From assembly GCA_963840035.1 (NCBI GenBank), contig CAWIXE010000003.1, positions 32,001 to 96,000 of the forward strand: a DNA stretch of 64,000 nucleotides, read 5' to 3'. Origin of the DNA: a candidate division FCPU426 bacterium (GTDB lineage: Bacteria; Oederibacteriota; PGYV01; Palsa-1178). The notes beneath the pieces were generated by a model. It was not told where the DNA came from. It saw only the letters and a list, made by a program, of their open reading frames with translations, and did no database searches. This document shows, piece by piece, positions 7,972-17,706 of the stretch; positions within the stretch are counted from its first letter, which is position 1, and every line of letters starts with the position of its first letter. The translations under genes and the position numbers were made by a program.

Positions 7972-9717
7972 ATGGGAAAAACAAAAAAGGGTAAAAAAAC
8001 AACCACAACAGCGTCCAGCTTTAACATTGTATTAGCCGGCGAGGCCGGGCAGGGGATACAGTCGATAGAAACCATCCTTGTTTCCATCCTGAAAAAAGAC
8101 GGCTTTAATACCTTTGCCACCAAGGAGTACATGTCCAGGATACGCGGCGGGGTTAATTCAACGGAAATCAGGGTATCTGACAAACCCGTGCGCTCGCATT
8201 CTTCATCCATAGACCTGCTTATCCCGTTCAGCAACGAATCTATAGGGCACCTTCAAAAACGCATTTCAAAGTCAACGGTTATACTGGCCGATAAAACCAA
8301 CGTTACTGACAGCAAAATCACGAACATACCTTTTCAGCGCATAGCTTCGGAGTTCGGCGATGTTATTTACACCAATACGGTCGCCGTGGGCACGATATGC
8401 GGAATACTCGGCACGTCGGAAGACGTGATGGCCGCTGAAATAACCTCGCGTTTCTCAAAAAAGGGCGATGAGGTTGTGGCCAAGAACATACAGTCCGCGA
8501 AAAGCGGTTATACCATAGGAAGTGAGCTTGTAAAGAACGGCATCATAAAATCCGTGGTAAAAAAAGACCCGTCAGTTATTCACCAGTACATGTTAAGCGG
8601 GGCTGACGCAGTGGCGCTCGGCGCGATTGCCGGAGGGTGTGATTCCTGTTTTGCATACCCCATGACCCCCGGTACGTCGGTATTTACATTTATGGCGGAT
8701 AATCAGAACAGGACGGGGATGGCAGTCGAGCAGGTGGAAGATGAGATAGGAGTAATTAACATGGCCATCGGAGCCTGGTACGCGGGCGGGCGTTCAATGG
8801 TTTCCACATCAGGCGGCGGGTTTGCGCTCATGACCGAAGGCGTATCGCTCGCCGGCATGATAGAATCACCGGTTGTAATTCATCTGGCGCAGAGGCCGGG
8901 GCCGGCCACGGGACTGCCCACAAGGACCCAGCAGGGGGACCTGAACATGGCATTATACGCGGGACACGGTTTTTTTTCCCGCATCATACTCGCGCCCGGC
9001 GACACTAAACAGGCGTTTTATTTGACCCAGCGGGCTTTTAACCTGGCGGCAGAGTTCCAGCTGCCGGTTTTCATTTTGACTGACCAGTACTTTGTGGACT
9101 CATATTATAATGAAAAAGGAATAAGCGTAAATGGGCTCAGCATAGACAAGCATATAACAGAAACAGCCCCGGGATATAAAAGATACGCTTACACAAAGGA
9201 CGGAATATCACCCAGGGGAGTCCCGGGTTACGGGGCCGGAATGGTATGCGCGGATTCAGACGAGCATGACGAAGAGGGGCGCATAACAGAGGATTTGGAC
9301 GGAGTCAGGCAAAAGATGACGGAGAAAAGGATGAAGAAGGCGGAAACGGTTAAAAAGGCGGCTTTAGCGCCGGAACTTATAGGGCCTAAGGATTATAAGA
9401 AACTGATCGTGAGCTGGGGTTCAAACTACAATACCATAAAGGAAGCCATGGAAATCATAAATGATAAGGCGCTCGCTTTCCTGCACTTTCCGCAGGTTTA
9501 CCCGCTGCCAAAAGAAACAGCCGCGTACTTAAAGAAAACCAAAAAAATTATCCTTATAGAAAATAATGAGACAGGCCAGTTTGGAGACCTGATAAAACTT
9601 GAAACAGGAATAGATATTAAGGAACGGATACTTAAGTTTAACGGCATGCCGTTTAGCGTGGAAGAAATAGTCAGCAGTCTCAAGACCCAGGACCCGGGGC
9701 CCAAAAAACATAAATAG
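7972..9717 (+). CDS. 2-oxoacid:ferredoxin oxidoreductase alpha subunit (gamma-alpha fusion)
   Basis: AGEAGQG, EYMSRIRGG, AYPMTP, EDEI, TSGGGFALMTE, QRPGPATGLPT; substrate not determinable. Confidence 0.93.
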   Translation: MGKTKKGKKTTTTASSFNIVLAGEAGQGIQSIETILVSILKKDGFNTFATKEYMSRIRGGVNSTEIRVSDKPVRSHSSSIDLLIPFSNESIGHLQKRISKSTVILADKTNVTDSKITNIPFQRIASEFGDVIYTNTVAVGTICGILGTSEDVMAAEITSRFSKKGDEVVAKNIQSAKSGYTIGSELVKNGIIKSVVKKDPSVIHQYMLSGADAVALGAIAGGCDSCFAYPMTPGTSVFTFMADNQNRTGMAVEQVEDEIGVINMAIGAWYAGGRSMVSTSGGGFALMTEGVSLAGMIESPVVIHLAQRPGPATGLPTRTQQGDLNMALYAGHGFFSRIILAPGDTKQAFYLTQRAFNLAAEFQLPVFILTDQYFVDSYYNEKGISVNGLSIDKHITETAPGYKRYAYTKDGISPRGVPGYGAGMVCADSDEHDEEGRITEDLDGVRQKMTEKRMKKAETVKKAALAPELIGPKDYKKLIVSWGSNYNTIKEAMEIINDKALAFLHFPQVYPLPKETAAYLKKTKKIILIENNETGQFGDLIKLETGIDIKERILKFNGMPFSVEEIVSSLKTQDPGPKKHK

Positions 9718-9757
9718 CAGTTTTTTGACTTGGGTCATGAGCCATGGGTCTTGGGAC
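9677..9757. repeat. Inverted tandem-heptamer element (GACCCAN unit), left arm inside the 3' end of the alpha-subunit CDS
   Basis: gtctcaa gacccag gacccgg ggcccaa ... ttgggtc atgagcc atgggtc ttgggac. Confidence 0.78.
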
Positions 9758-9771
9758 ATACAAGGAGCTTT

Positions 9772-10626
9772 ATGGAAAATCTATTCGACAGAGGCAAAGA
9801 CACAGCATGGTGTCCCGGATGCGGGAATTTCGGAATCAGGAACATAATGCTTAAAGCCATTGCCGAGCTCGGGTTAAAACAGGAAGAGGTTGTTTTTGCC
9901 TCCGGCATAGGCCAGGCTGCCAAGGCGCCTCAATACTATAATGCCAGCTATTTTAACGGGCTTCACGGCAGGTCATTGCCGGCAGCCGCGGGAATCAAGG
10001 CCGCGAATCCAAATGTAAAGCTTATTGTGGAAAGCGGCGACGGCGACATGTACGGCGAGGGAGGGAACCATTTCATCCACGCCATCAGGAGGAACCCGGA
10101 CATAACAGTGGTCGTACATAATAATATGGTTTACGGCCTGACCAAAGGCCAGGCTTCACCGACATCATCCATAGGCATGCGTACTCCCATACAGGTGAAC
10201 GGCGTTTTTGAAACACCGATAAACCCTATAGCACTTGCCATATCGCTTAACGCTTCTTTTGTGGCGCGCGGTTCCGCAGGGGAGCAGGAGCGGACAAAAG
10301 AAATCATAAAACAGGCCATAAACCACAGGGGCTTTGCGCTTGTGGATGTTTTCCAGGCGTGTATTTCCTTCAATAAGATAAACACGTTCAAATGGTTTAA
10401 AGAGCACACATATTTTCTGGAAGAAGGGTATGACCCCGGCAACAGGGAAGCGGCGTTTAAGCGCGCGCTTGAAACAGACCCCATGCCGCTGGGCATATTT
10501 TATAAGAACGCCGCACTGCCGGTTTTTGAGGACAACCTCGCGCCGTATAAGACGGATAAAACACCGCTTTACAAGAGGGCAAACGGTTTAAGAATTGCCG
10601 AAGAAATACTTAATTCAAAAAAGTAA
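9772..10626 (+). CDS. 2-oxoacid:ferredoxin oxidoreductase beta subunit (TPP-binding)
   Basis: [37 protein letters not shown] before ATG 9772. Confidence 0.94.
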   Translation: MENLFDRGKDTAWCPGCGNFGIRNIMLKAIAELGLKQEEVVFASGIGQAAKAPQYYNASYFNGLHGRSLPAAAGIKAANPNVKLIVESGDGDMYGEGGNHFIHAIRRNPDITVVVHNNMVYGLTKGQASPTSSIGMRTPIQVNGVFETPINPIALAISLNASFVARGSAGEQERTKEIIKQAINHRGFALVDVFQACISFNKINTFKWFKEHTYFLEEGYDPGNREAAFKRALETDPMPLGIFYKNAALPVFEDNLAPYKTDKTPLYKRANGLRIAEEILNSKK

Positions 10627-10685
10627 GGAACAAATGCAAATACCGGGTGTTGCCACACGTTTTCGCATAAGCTTCAACGTGCATG

Positions 10686-10753
10686 GCCGGCTCACCCCTA
10701 CGAAACCGGGGCATGTTTTCACGCCTTCGTAGGGGCGAGCCGGTGGCTCGCCC
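10686..10753. repeat. GTAG-type REP-like hairpins
   Basis: ggctcacccctac ... gtaggggcgagcc-ggt-ggctcgccc. Confidence 0.6.
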
Positions 10754-10778
10754 GGACTTTCAACGCAGGAGGTTTAAC

Positions 10779-11243
10779 ATGGGACGTATTAAGGTCGGCG
10801 ACAAATTCGGGGATTTTATGCTGAAAAACCAGAGCGACCTGGAGATAGACACGGCGGGAATTGAGGACAAAAAAATCCTGCTTTCATTCCACCCGCTGGC
10901 ATGGACAAGCGTTTGCGCAAAGCAGATGCAGTCGCTCGAGGACAAATACGAGGGCTTCGCTGATTTGAATACCATACCCTTAGGCATCTCCATTGACACC
11001 TCGCCGAGCAAAAAAGCGTGGGCCGAGAGCCTCGGCATAGAACAGCTCGACCTGCTTGCTGATTTCTGGCCGCACGGGGAATTAGCCTCCAGGATGGGGA
11101 TTTTCCTGGATAAGTTCGGTTTTTCGGAAAGGGCGAACATAATCCTGGATGAACAGCGCAAGGTCATATTTGTGAAAGTTTACCCGATAAAAGAACTGCC
11201 GGATGTAAAGGAACTCCTGGAGTTCCTTAAAAAATCAAAGTAA
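10779..11243 (+). CDS. AhpC/TSA-family (AhpE-like) peroxiredoxin/redoxin
   Basis: FHPLAWTSVC peroxidatic motif, LADFWPHG, ERA; AGGAGG RBS before ATG 10779. Confidence 0.88.
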   Translation: MGRIKVGDKFGDFMLKNQSDLEIDTAGIEDKKILLSFHPLAWTSVCAKQMQSLEDKYEGFADLNTIPLGISIDTSPSKKAWAESLGIEQLDLLADFWPHGELASRMGIFLDKFGFSERANIILDEQRKVIFVKVYPIKELPDVKELLEFLKKSK

Positions 11244-11257
11244 GCACAGGAGGAAAT

Positions 11258-11632
11258 ATGAAAAGAATTTTGTTAGCGCTTATTTTTATGCTGTCCGTTT
11301 TAGCCGCAGCCGTTGCCACACCGCCCAGTGACATTATAATCACTTTTGACCTGTCAAAATCCATGGTATTTGCCGATATCATTCACGAGACCAAGGCGCC
11401 GAAGGACCATTATATCTACATGGTACAGGTCAATATCAACGGAAAAAAAGCCATAAAGCAGGAGATGACCGAACAGCTCAATTCCGCCCTGCAGAAAGTG
11501 GCTTACATCATCCCCGGCTTGAAAGCGGGGGATAAGGTTTCTGTCGACGCCGACTGCAATAAGTACGGTGATCTGACCGTGGAAGCGGTGGCGAAAGACG
11601 CTCCGGCAAAAAAAGACAAAAAGAAGAAATAA
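11258..11632 (+). CDS. Exported protein with degenerate superoxide-reductase-like motifs
   Basis: Signal peptide; H....DHYI..V and CNKYG echo HP...DHWIQ and CNKHG of the dfx gene in this window. Confidence 0.55.
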   Translation: MKRILLALIFMLSVLAAAVATPPSDIIITFDLSKSMVFADIIHETKAPKDHYIYMVQVNINGKKAIKQEMTEQLNSALQKVAYIIPGLKAGDKVSVDADCNKYGDLTVEAVAKDAPAKKDKKKK

Positions 11633-11641
11633 GGGGATGAC

Positions 11642-12403
11642 ATGAAAAAAACAATTGCGTTGGTCATTGCCTTCATGCTGGCGGCGGTATTTATTTTCGC
11701 GGAACAGTACGAGAACCCGATGCTTAACATGACGGTCCCGTCGGGGCTGGAAGACGGGCAGGCGTACATAGTCATCAACCATATGTTCTTAAGCACCCTG
11801 CATGACTATCCCACGGACGACTTTTATGCCGTCTTCGACGGAGGCGCTAACTTTGGGCTGGGTTTCAGGTACATGATAGGCTGGGGCATAGAGGCAAAGG
11901 CCGGTTATACCACGAAAAACAGGGAGCAGTCAGCGGGCTTAAGCTACACCTTTAAAGCGCCTAAACTGTTCTTTAACGCGCAGGCGGATGTGAGTTTCTT
12001 TTCATACAGGGATTTTGTGCACTCCAACTACGACCAGAACCTCTTTTACCTGCTTTCTTTGCAGAGCGTGCCTTTGCTTGACGACATTTTTGTCCTGTCA
12101 GTGGACGCGGGATATGACGGGTATAACCAGAATTTCGGGATGTCAGTGGGATTAAGCGCCGAAGTCCTTAAGCACCTGAGGGTGATTGCCGAATACTACC
12201 CGGTCTTTAAAGGGCCTGACGCGAGCCCTCTCATCGGGAATACGGGCTACTTTTCTTTCGGCCTCAAATACGACACTTTCGGGCACCAGTTTATACTCAG
12301 GGCTGGGAATTCATCCGATATAGGGACCCGGGTGCTGATGCTTGGCACAAATAAGCAGGATATTTATGTGGGGCTTACAATTATGAGGCTGATAGCATTT
12401 TAA
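11642..12403 (+). CDS. Outer-membrane beta-barrel protein (DUF5777-like), paralog 1
   Basis: Signal peptide, amphipathic strands, NHMF, AEYYP, TFGHQFIL..GNS, C-terminal F; DUF5777 assignment from remembered motif pattern. Confidence 0.65.
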   Translation: MKKTIALVIAFMLAAVFIFAEQYENPMLNMTVPSGLEDGQAYIVINHMFLSTLHDYPTDDFYAVFDGGANFGLGFRYMIGWGIEAKAGYTTKNREQSAGLSYTFKAPKLFFNAQADVSFFSYRDFVHSNYDQNLFYLLSLQSVPLLDDIFVLSVDAGYDGYNQNFGMSVGLSAEVLKHLRVIAEYYPVFKGPDASPLIGNTGYFSFGLKYDTFGHQFILRAGNSSDIGTRVLMLGTNKQDIYVGLTIMRLIAF

Positions 12404-12415
12404 GAAGGAGGAACA

Positions 12416-12976
12416 ATGAAAAAAATATTTGCCGCCTTTTTGCTATTAATACTGTCAGGGTTTGTATTTTCCTGCTCAACGCATAAAAATGAGCCGGCCG
12501 CTCCTGTGATACCGACTCCTGATATTAACGGTTATTACGGCGCGACATCAGCCGGCGCAACCTTCAAATGGAAGATCAACGGTTTAAGGCTGGACTGTAA
12601 GCTCAGCGCCGCCACCACAGGCTGGATCGGCATAGGGTTCGGTCCGGACGGCACCATGGCGAACGCGCAGAATTTTATCATGGGATATGTCACCTCGGGA
12701 AATATCGCCACCATAAGCGATATGCATACTTCGGGCCACGCCGCGCCTTCGCCTGATGCTATGCAGAACATCATAAACCCGGCAGGCACGGAGTCGGCCG
12801 GCGTTACGGAGCTTACTTTTACCATACCGCTAGATTCAGGCGACAGTGAAGACATGGTCCTTACCCCAAACATGAGCGTCTGGCTGCTATTCGCGGCCGG
12901 GCCCAATGGAGCGGATGATTTTACAACTCCGCACGGGTCGTCGGGGTACGGCGCTTTACAGATTACATTGTATTAA
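12416..12976 (+). CDS. DOMON-domain lipoprotein, paralog 1
   Basis: Lipobox VFSC; TGWIGIGFG...M, GTESAGVTELTFTIPL, TPHG (Met/His heme-ligand positions). Confidence 0.82.
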   Translation: MKKIFAAFLLLILSGFVFSCSTHKNEPAAPVIPTPDINGYYGATSAGATFKWKINGLRLDCKLSAATTGWIGIGFGPDGTMANAQNFIMGYVTSGNIATISDMHTSGHAAPSPDAMQNIINPAGTESAGVTELTFTIPLDSGDSEDMVLTPNMSVWLLFAAGPNGADDFTTPHGSSGYGALQITLY

Positions 12977-13000
12977 AATTTAAAATAGGAGAAAACAAAA

Positions 13001-13561
13001 ATGGTTAAAAAAATTATACTTATATTTTTATCAGCACTTCTTATTTTTTTAGTCTCATGCACAAAAGCTTCATCCCCGGGAGAACCCTCCACACCGCCTA
13101 CGCCGGATGTTAACGGGTATTACACCGTGTCAGCCGCGGGAGTGACTTTTAAATGGAAGGTAAACGGAGCAAACCTCGACTGCAAATTAAGTGCGGCAAC
13201 CACGGGCTGGGTGGGAGTAGGGTTCGGTACAACCGGGAACATGATAGATGCAAAAGATTTTGTTATGGGCTATGTAACAGGCGGGACTACAGCGACAATC
13301 AGCGACAGGCATGCGGATGGATACAACCCGCCGCCGGTAGATACAGTACAGCACATATCAAACCCCGCAGGTACAGAAGCATCAGGAACAACGGAAATAA
13401 CCTACACAATACCGCTTAATTCATTGGACGCGCAGGACATGGCGCTTACGCAGAACATGAGTTTATGGATTCTGCTCGCGCGTGGGTCAAACGGGGCCGA
13501 TAATTTTACAACCCAGCACGTATCAGGCGGATTTGGCGCCGTACAGACTACACTATACTGA
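13001..13561 (+). CDS. DOMON-domain lipoprotein, paralog 2
   Basis: Lipobox LVSC; TGWVGVGFG...M, GTEASGTTEITYTIPL, TQH; closely similar to 12416-12976. Confidence 0.82.
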   Translation: MVKKIILIFLSALLIFLVSCTKASSPGEPSTPPTPDVNGYYTVSAAGVTFKWKVNGANLDCKLSAATTGWVGVGFGTTGNMIDAKDFVMGYVTGGTTATISDRHADGYNPPPVDTVQHISNPAGTEASGTTEITYTIPLNSLDAQDMALTQNMSLWILLARGSNGADNFTTQHVSGGFGAVQTTLY

Positions 13562-13573
13562 TAAGGGGAAAAA

Positions 13574-14386
13574 ATGAAAAAAATCGCGATAACAGCGTTG
13601 TTGGTACTTTTAACGGCAGGAATCTCTGCGGTACAGTATGAGACGCCGCTGCTCGACATGACTGTGCCGTCCGGCCTGACTGACAATTCTTTGTATTTCA
13701 ATTTTGGGCATAAGTTCGGCCAACCGCTTAACGATTATCCATCAAACAATTCTTTCGCGCTGCTGAAAAATGGCGCGACGCTTAACCTCGCGCTGCGGTA
13801 TATGGTGTGGAACGGGATTGAAGCAAAAGCGGCGTATGATTCGCTCGCGGACGAGAAGAATATAGGGTTAAGCTACGCCCGCAAATTCCCTGAGCTGTTT
13901 TTTAGCGCGCAGGCTGACCTGCAGTTTTTCAGCTATGACGATCCGGGAAGGTTCCAGACGGCCAAAAATTTCTTTTACCTGATATCCCTGCAGTCTGTGC
14001 CCCTTGTGGATAACAGGTTTACCATAGCCGTGGACGCCGGATATGACGGATACTTTGACACGACCAGGTTCGCGTTGGGTATAAGCGCGGAAGTAATTAA
14101 GGACGTGGCGCTCGTTTTTGAATACTACCCCCAGCCGCCCGCGCTATCAGCAGGAGACGGTGACGGCGATGAAGACGGCGGCGGAGCCGCGGTTTCAGGG
14201 CCTGCTGTCAATGGCTGCTACAGCATAGGGATAAAGTACGCCACTTATGGACATCAATTCATGCTGAAGTTCGGAAACTCCACTGCCATGGAAACAAGGA
14301 CATTAATGCAGGGGACAACTTCCGAAAATATATACGTGGGCATCAGCATAATGAGGCTGGTGGATTTCATGGAGAAGTCTGAATAA
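13574..14386 (+). CDS. Outer-membrane beta-barrel protein (DUF5777-like), paralog 2
   Basis: Signal peptide; GHKFG, FEYYP, TYGHQFML..GNS; paralog of 11642-12403 with an acidic Gly-rich loop insertion. Confidence 0.65.
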   Translation: MKKIAITALLVLLTAGISAVQYETPLLDMTVPSGLTDNSLYFNFGHKFGQPLNDYPSNNSFALLKNGATLNLALRYMVWNGIEAKAAYDSLADEKNIGLSYARKFPELFFSAQADLQFFSYDDPGRFQTAKNFFYLISLQSVPLVDNRFTIAVDAGYDGYFDTTRFALGISAEVIKDVALVFEYYPQPPALSAGDGDGDEDGGGAAVSGPAVNGCYSIGIKYATYGHQFMLKFGNSTAMETRTLMQGTTSENIYVGISIMRLVDFMEKSE

Positions 14387-14415
14387 GCTATAAATCACCA
14401 TTTAAATAGTAAAAA

Positions 14416-14463
14416 GGCGTATTCAACTATTGTGTGCTTTAGGGTATAATAGTTGAGTACGCC
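14416..14463. terminator. Long hairpin, probable terminator
   Basis: ggcgtattcaactatt ... aatagttgagtacgcc (16-bp stem, one G-U) with A-run before and T-rich tract after. Confidence 0.55.
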
Positions 14464-14485
14464 GTTAGTTTTTAAGGTGCTGTCC

Positions 14486-14598
14486 GTCATTGCGAGGAGG
14501 CGTTTTAGTTTTATGCCAACGAAGCAATCTTGTTGTTGTTCAGGGCGAAATCGAGATTGCTTCGTCACCATAAGACAGGAACGGTTCCTCGCAATGAC
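14486..14598 (+). repeat. GTCATTGCGAG...CTCGCAATGAC palindromic element, copy 1 of 5
   Basis: Terminal IR GTCATTGCGAGG/CCTCGCAATGAC; inner CGAAGCAATCT/AGATTGCTTCG stem. Confidence 0.88.
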
Positions 14599-14631
14599 AG
14601 CAGTTTAACTGATTTATGACGAAGGAGATAT

Positions 14632-16638
14632 ATGCCAAAGAAAAAGACAAATACAGACCAGCTTTCCATAAACACGCTCCGTCTTTTATCCGTTGACATG
14701 GTGGAAAAGGCCAAGTCGGGCCATCCAGGCATGCCCTTGGGCGCAGCGCCTTTTGTGTATACGCTGTGGTCAAAATTTATCCGTATCTCCCCGCGCAATC
14801 CGAAGTGGTACAACCGCGACAGGTTCATATTATCGGCGGGCCACGGCTGCGCGCTTTTATATTCACTGCTGCATTTATCAGGATTTGACCTTTCCATGGA
14901 TGACCTGAAGGCATTCAGGCAGTGGGGCTCAAAAACCCCGGGACATCCCGAGTACGGACACACTGCGGGCATTGAAGCTACCACCGGGCCGCTCGGCCAG
15001 GGGTTTGCCATGGGCGTGGGAATGGCCATTGCCGAGCGTACAATGGCAAAATGTTTTAACAAGCCGGGATTTAAACTCATAGACCACCACACTTATGCCG
15101 CGGTCTCGGACGGAGACCTCATGGAAGGCATTGCTTCTGAGGCGGCATCCCTTGCCGGAACCATGAAGCTGGGAAAACTGATATATTTATATGATGACAA
15201 TGACATATCCATAGAGGGCAACACAACGCTTGCTTTTACTGAAAACGTGAAAGAGCGCTTTGATTCCTACGGATGGGACACATATACCGTGAAAGACGGA
15301 AATAATATTGAAAATGTGGAAAAGGCCATTGCAAAGGCAAAGGCGCAGGGTAAAAGGCCGTCCCTCATTATAATAAGCACAAGGATAGGATACGGATCGC
15401 CAAAAGCCGGTGACGCGTCGGTGCACGGCGAACCGCTGGGCTGGGACGCGGCGAGGAAGACCAAGGAATTTTTCGGGTTTGACCCCGAGAAAAGTTTTTA
15501 CGTTCCGCAGGAAGCGCAGAAGAACTTTGATAAGCTGAAAAAGAAATGGGCCGCGGAAGAGGCTGCGTGGAATAAATTATTCGCATCTTACAGGGAGCAG
15601 TACCCGAAAGAGGGAAAACTTTTTGAAAAATACATAGTGGGCCACGTAAACAGGAATCTGCAGGCAAATCTCCTGCCGTTTAAGACCACTGACGGGCCGA
15701 TTGCCACAAGGAGCGCTTCGGGTAAAGTCATGAACCAGATAGAACTTTACATGACCGAATTCATAGGCGGCTCGGCTGACCTCGCGCCTTCCACAAAGAC
15801 GCTTTTAAACGGCCACGGCAGTTTCGGCATAGCGGGGCTGCTCGAGCGCAACCTGCACTTCGGGGTGCGCGAGCACGCCATGGGAGCCATAGTAAACGGC
15901 ATGGCACTGCACGGAGGGGTCATACCGTACTCAGCCACCTTCCTTTCATTTTCAGATTACATGAGGCCGGCAATCAGGCTCTCCGCCATAATGCAGTCGC
16001 ACTCCATATTTGTATTCACGCATGATTCCATAGGCTTGGGCGAGGACGGGCCAACGCATCAGCCGGTGGAACACTTAGCGTCGCTCAGGCTGATCCCGGG
16101 GATGACAGTAATAAGGCCCGCCGACGCGAACGAGACTGTGGCGGCATGGTATCACGCCATAATCACAAAGAAACCTTTCATCCTGGTATTTTCCAGGCAG
16201 GACCTGCCCGTGCTTGACGCGGAAAAATATAACATAATCGAGAACGCCCAGAAGGGCGCCTACATACTTGAAGACTGCGCGGGCAAACCCGAGGTGATAC
16301 TTATTGCCACGGGTTCGGAAGTGCACCTGGCCGCTTCAGCTCAGGTTAAGTTAAAGGAAAAGGGAATAAAGACAAGGGTCATATCCATGCCGTCATACGA
16401 GATGTTCATGAACCAGCCCCAGCAGTACAGGGAATCAATAATACCATCCAACGTAAAAAAACGCCTTATCATAGAGGCAGGTTCAACCTCATTCTGGCGC
16501 GCGTTAGCCGGAGAGCAGGGCGACGTGCTTGGAGTGGATACGTTTGGCGCGTCCGCGCCGGGGAAAGTGGTAATGGAGAAATACGGGTTTACGGTTGAGA
16601 GGGTTTTGGATATGGTGTTGGAGATTTTAAAAAGATAG
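14632..16638 (+). CDS. tkt: Transketolase
   Basis: SGHPG, DRFILSAGH, TTGPLGQG, DGDLMEG, GVREH, THDSIGLGEDGPTHQP. Confidence 0.97.
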   Translation: MPKKKTNTDQLSINTLRLLSVDMVEKAKSGHPGMPLGAAPFVYTLWSKFIRISPRNPKWYNRDRFILSAGHGCALLYSLLHLSGFDLSMDDLKAFRQWGSKTPGHPEYGHTAGIEATTGPLGQGFAMGVGMAIAERTMAKCFNKPGFKLIDHHTYAAVSDGDLMEGIASEAASLAGTMKLGKLIYLYDDNDISIEGNTTLAFTENVKERFDSYGWDTYTVKDGNNIENVEKAIAKAKAQGKRPSLIIISTRIGYGSPKAGDASVHGEPLGWDAARKTKEFFGFDPEKSFYVPQEAQKNFDKLKKKWAAEEAAWNKLFASYREQYPKEGKLFEKYIVGHVNRNLQANLLPFKTTDGPIATRSASGKVMNQIELYMTEFIGGSADLAPSTKTLLNGHGSFGIAGLLERNLHFGVREHAMGAIVNGMALHGGVIPYSATFLSFSDYMRPAIRLSAIMQSHSIFVFTHDSIGLGEDGPTHQPVEHLASLRLIPGMTVIRPADANETVAAWYHAIITKKPFILVFSRQDLPVLDAEKYNIIENAQKGAYILEDCAGKPEVILIATGSEVHLAASAQVKLKEKGIKTRVISMPSYEMFMNQPQQYRESIIPSNVKKRLIIEAGSTSFWRALAGEQGDVLGVDTFGASAPGKVVMEKYGFTVERVLDMVLEILKR

Positions 16639-16711
16639 TGGTATGTGATAAGTGGTACGTGGTATGTGCAATAAACAGGCCACATAGCACATATCACGCG
16701 CCACATACCAC
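16638..16711. repeat. Inverted tandem-heptamer element (GTGGTAT unit)
   Basis: gtggtat gtgataa gtggtac gtggtat gtg ... cac atagcac atatcac gcgccac ataccac. Confidence 0.78.
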
Positions 16712-16731
16712 GTCCTTAGGAGGTTTATTTT

Positions 16732-17706
16732 ATGCAAATAGGAATCATCGGGCTTGGCCGTATGGGTGCTAACATGGCGCGCAGGCTCATGGCTGCCGGT
16801 CATGACGTTGTAGCTTACAACCACCATAAACCGAAACTCCGCGAGATAGTTAAGGAAGGCGCCACAGGCTCCACGTCGGTGCATGACCTCATAAAAAAAC
16901 TGAAAAAACCGCGAGTTGTGTGGCTCATGCTGCCCGCGGGGCATATCACGGAGAAATTCCTTCACTCAGCCGGCAGCCTGCTTTCAAAAGGCGATATAAT
17001 TATTGAGGGCGGGAACAGTCATTATAAGGAAGATATTAAACGCCACGCTTTTTACTGGAATAAAGGCATCCATTACATGGACGCCGGGGTATCCGGCGGC
17101 ATATGGGGATTGAAAAACGGCTACGCCACCATGGTGGGAGGCGACAGGAACGCGTTTCTCAGGATTGAACCGCTGTTAAGGTCGCTGGCCCCTAAGGGCG
17201 GTTACATGCACTGCGGCGGCCCCGGAGCCGGCCATTTTGTAAAGATGACCCACAATGCAATTGAATACGGCATGATGGAAGCGTATGCCGAGGGGTTTGA
17301 ACTTTTAAAGTCGTCCCCTTACGCAAAAGGGCTTGACCTCTCCAGGGTGGCCTCCATGTGGAACACGGCAAGCGTGGTAAAGTCATGGCTGCTGGAGCTT
17401 CTCATTAATGTATTCAAAAATCCTAAAGAACTTGAAAGCCTGCGGGGATACGTGGAAGATTCCGGCGAAGCGCGCTGGGCAGTAAAGGAAGGCGTGGACA
17501 ACGGCGTTTCTATGGAAGTCATAACCGCTTCCCTTTATAAGAGGTTCAACTCAAGGCAGAAGGATGTATACGCAAATAAAGTGCTTGCGGCTCTAAGGAA
17601 CGAGTTTGGCGGGCACATGACTTTAAAGGCCGGGGATAAGATAAAGGTTTCATCGGCCGGCGCGGGCAGTACATCGCACGCGAAGCCTGACAGGAAGCAC
17701 GCGTAA
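16732..17706 (+). CDS. gnd: 6-phosphogluconate dehydrogenase, decarboxylating (short YqeC-type)
   Basis: GLGRMG, EGGNS, DAGVSGG, GHFVKMTHNAIEYG, ALRNEFGGH. Confidence 0.95.
   Translation: MQIGIIGLGRMGANMARRLMAAGHDVVAYNHHKPKLREIVKEGATGSTSVHDLIKKLKKPRVVWLMLPAGHITEKFLHSAGSLLSKGDIIIEGGNSHYKEDIKRHAFYWNKGIHYMDAGVSGGIWGLKNGYATMVGGDRNAFLRIEPLLRSLAPKGGYMHCGGPGAGHFVKMTHNAIEYGMMEAYAEGFELLKSSPYAKGLDLSRVASMWNTASVVKSWLLELLINVFKNPKELESLRGYVEDSGEARWAVKEGVDNGVSMEVITASLYKRFNSRQKDVYANKVLAALRNEFGGHMTLKAGDKIKVSSAGAGSTSHAKPDRKHA

Noticed and set aside
6659..9757. Integron attC cassette array
   Set aside because: Repeats lack RYYYAAC/GTTRRRY ends, no integrase is present, and the flanked genes form a coherent metabolic operon
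4044..11243. Selenocysteine recoding in the redox genes
   Set aside because: Catalytic positions are ordinary Cys codons and the ORFs are full length without in-frame TGA
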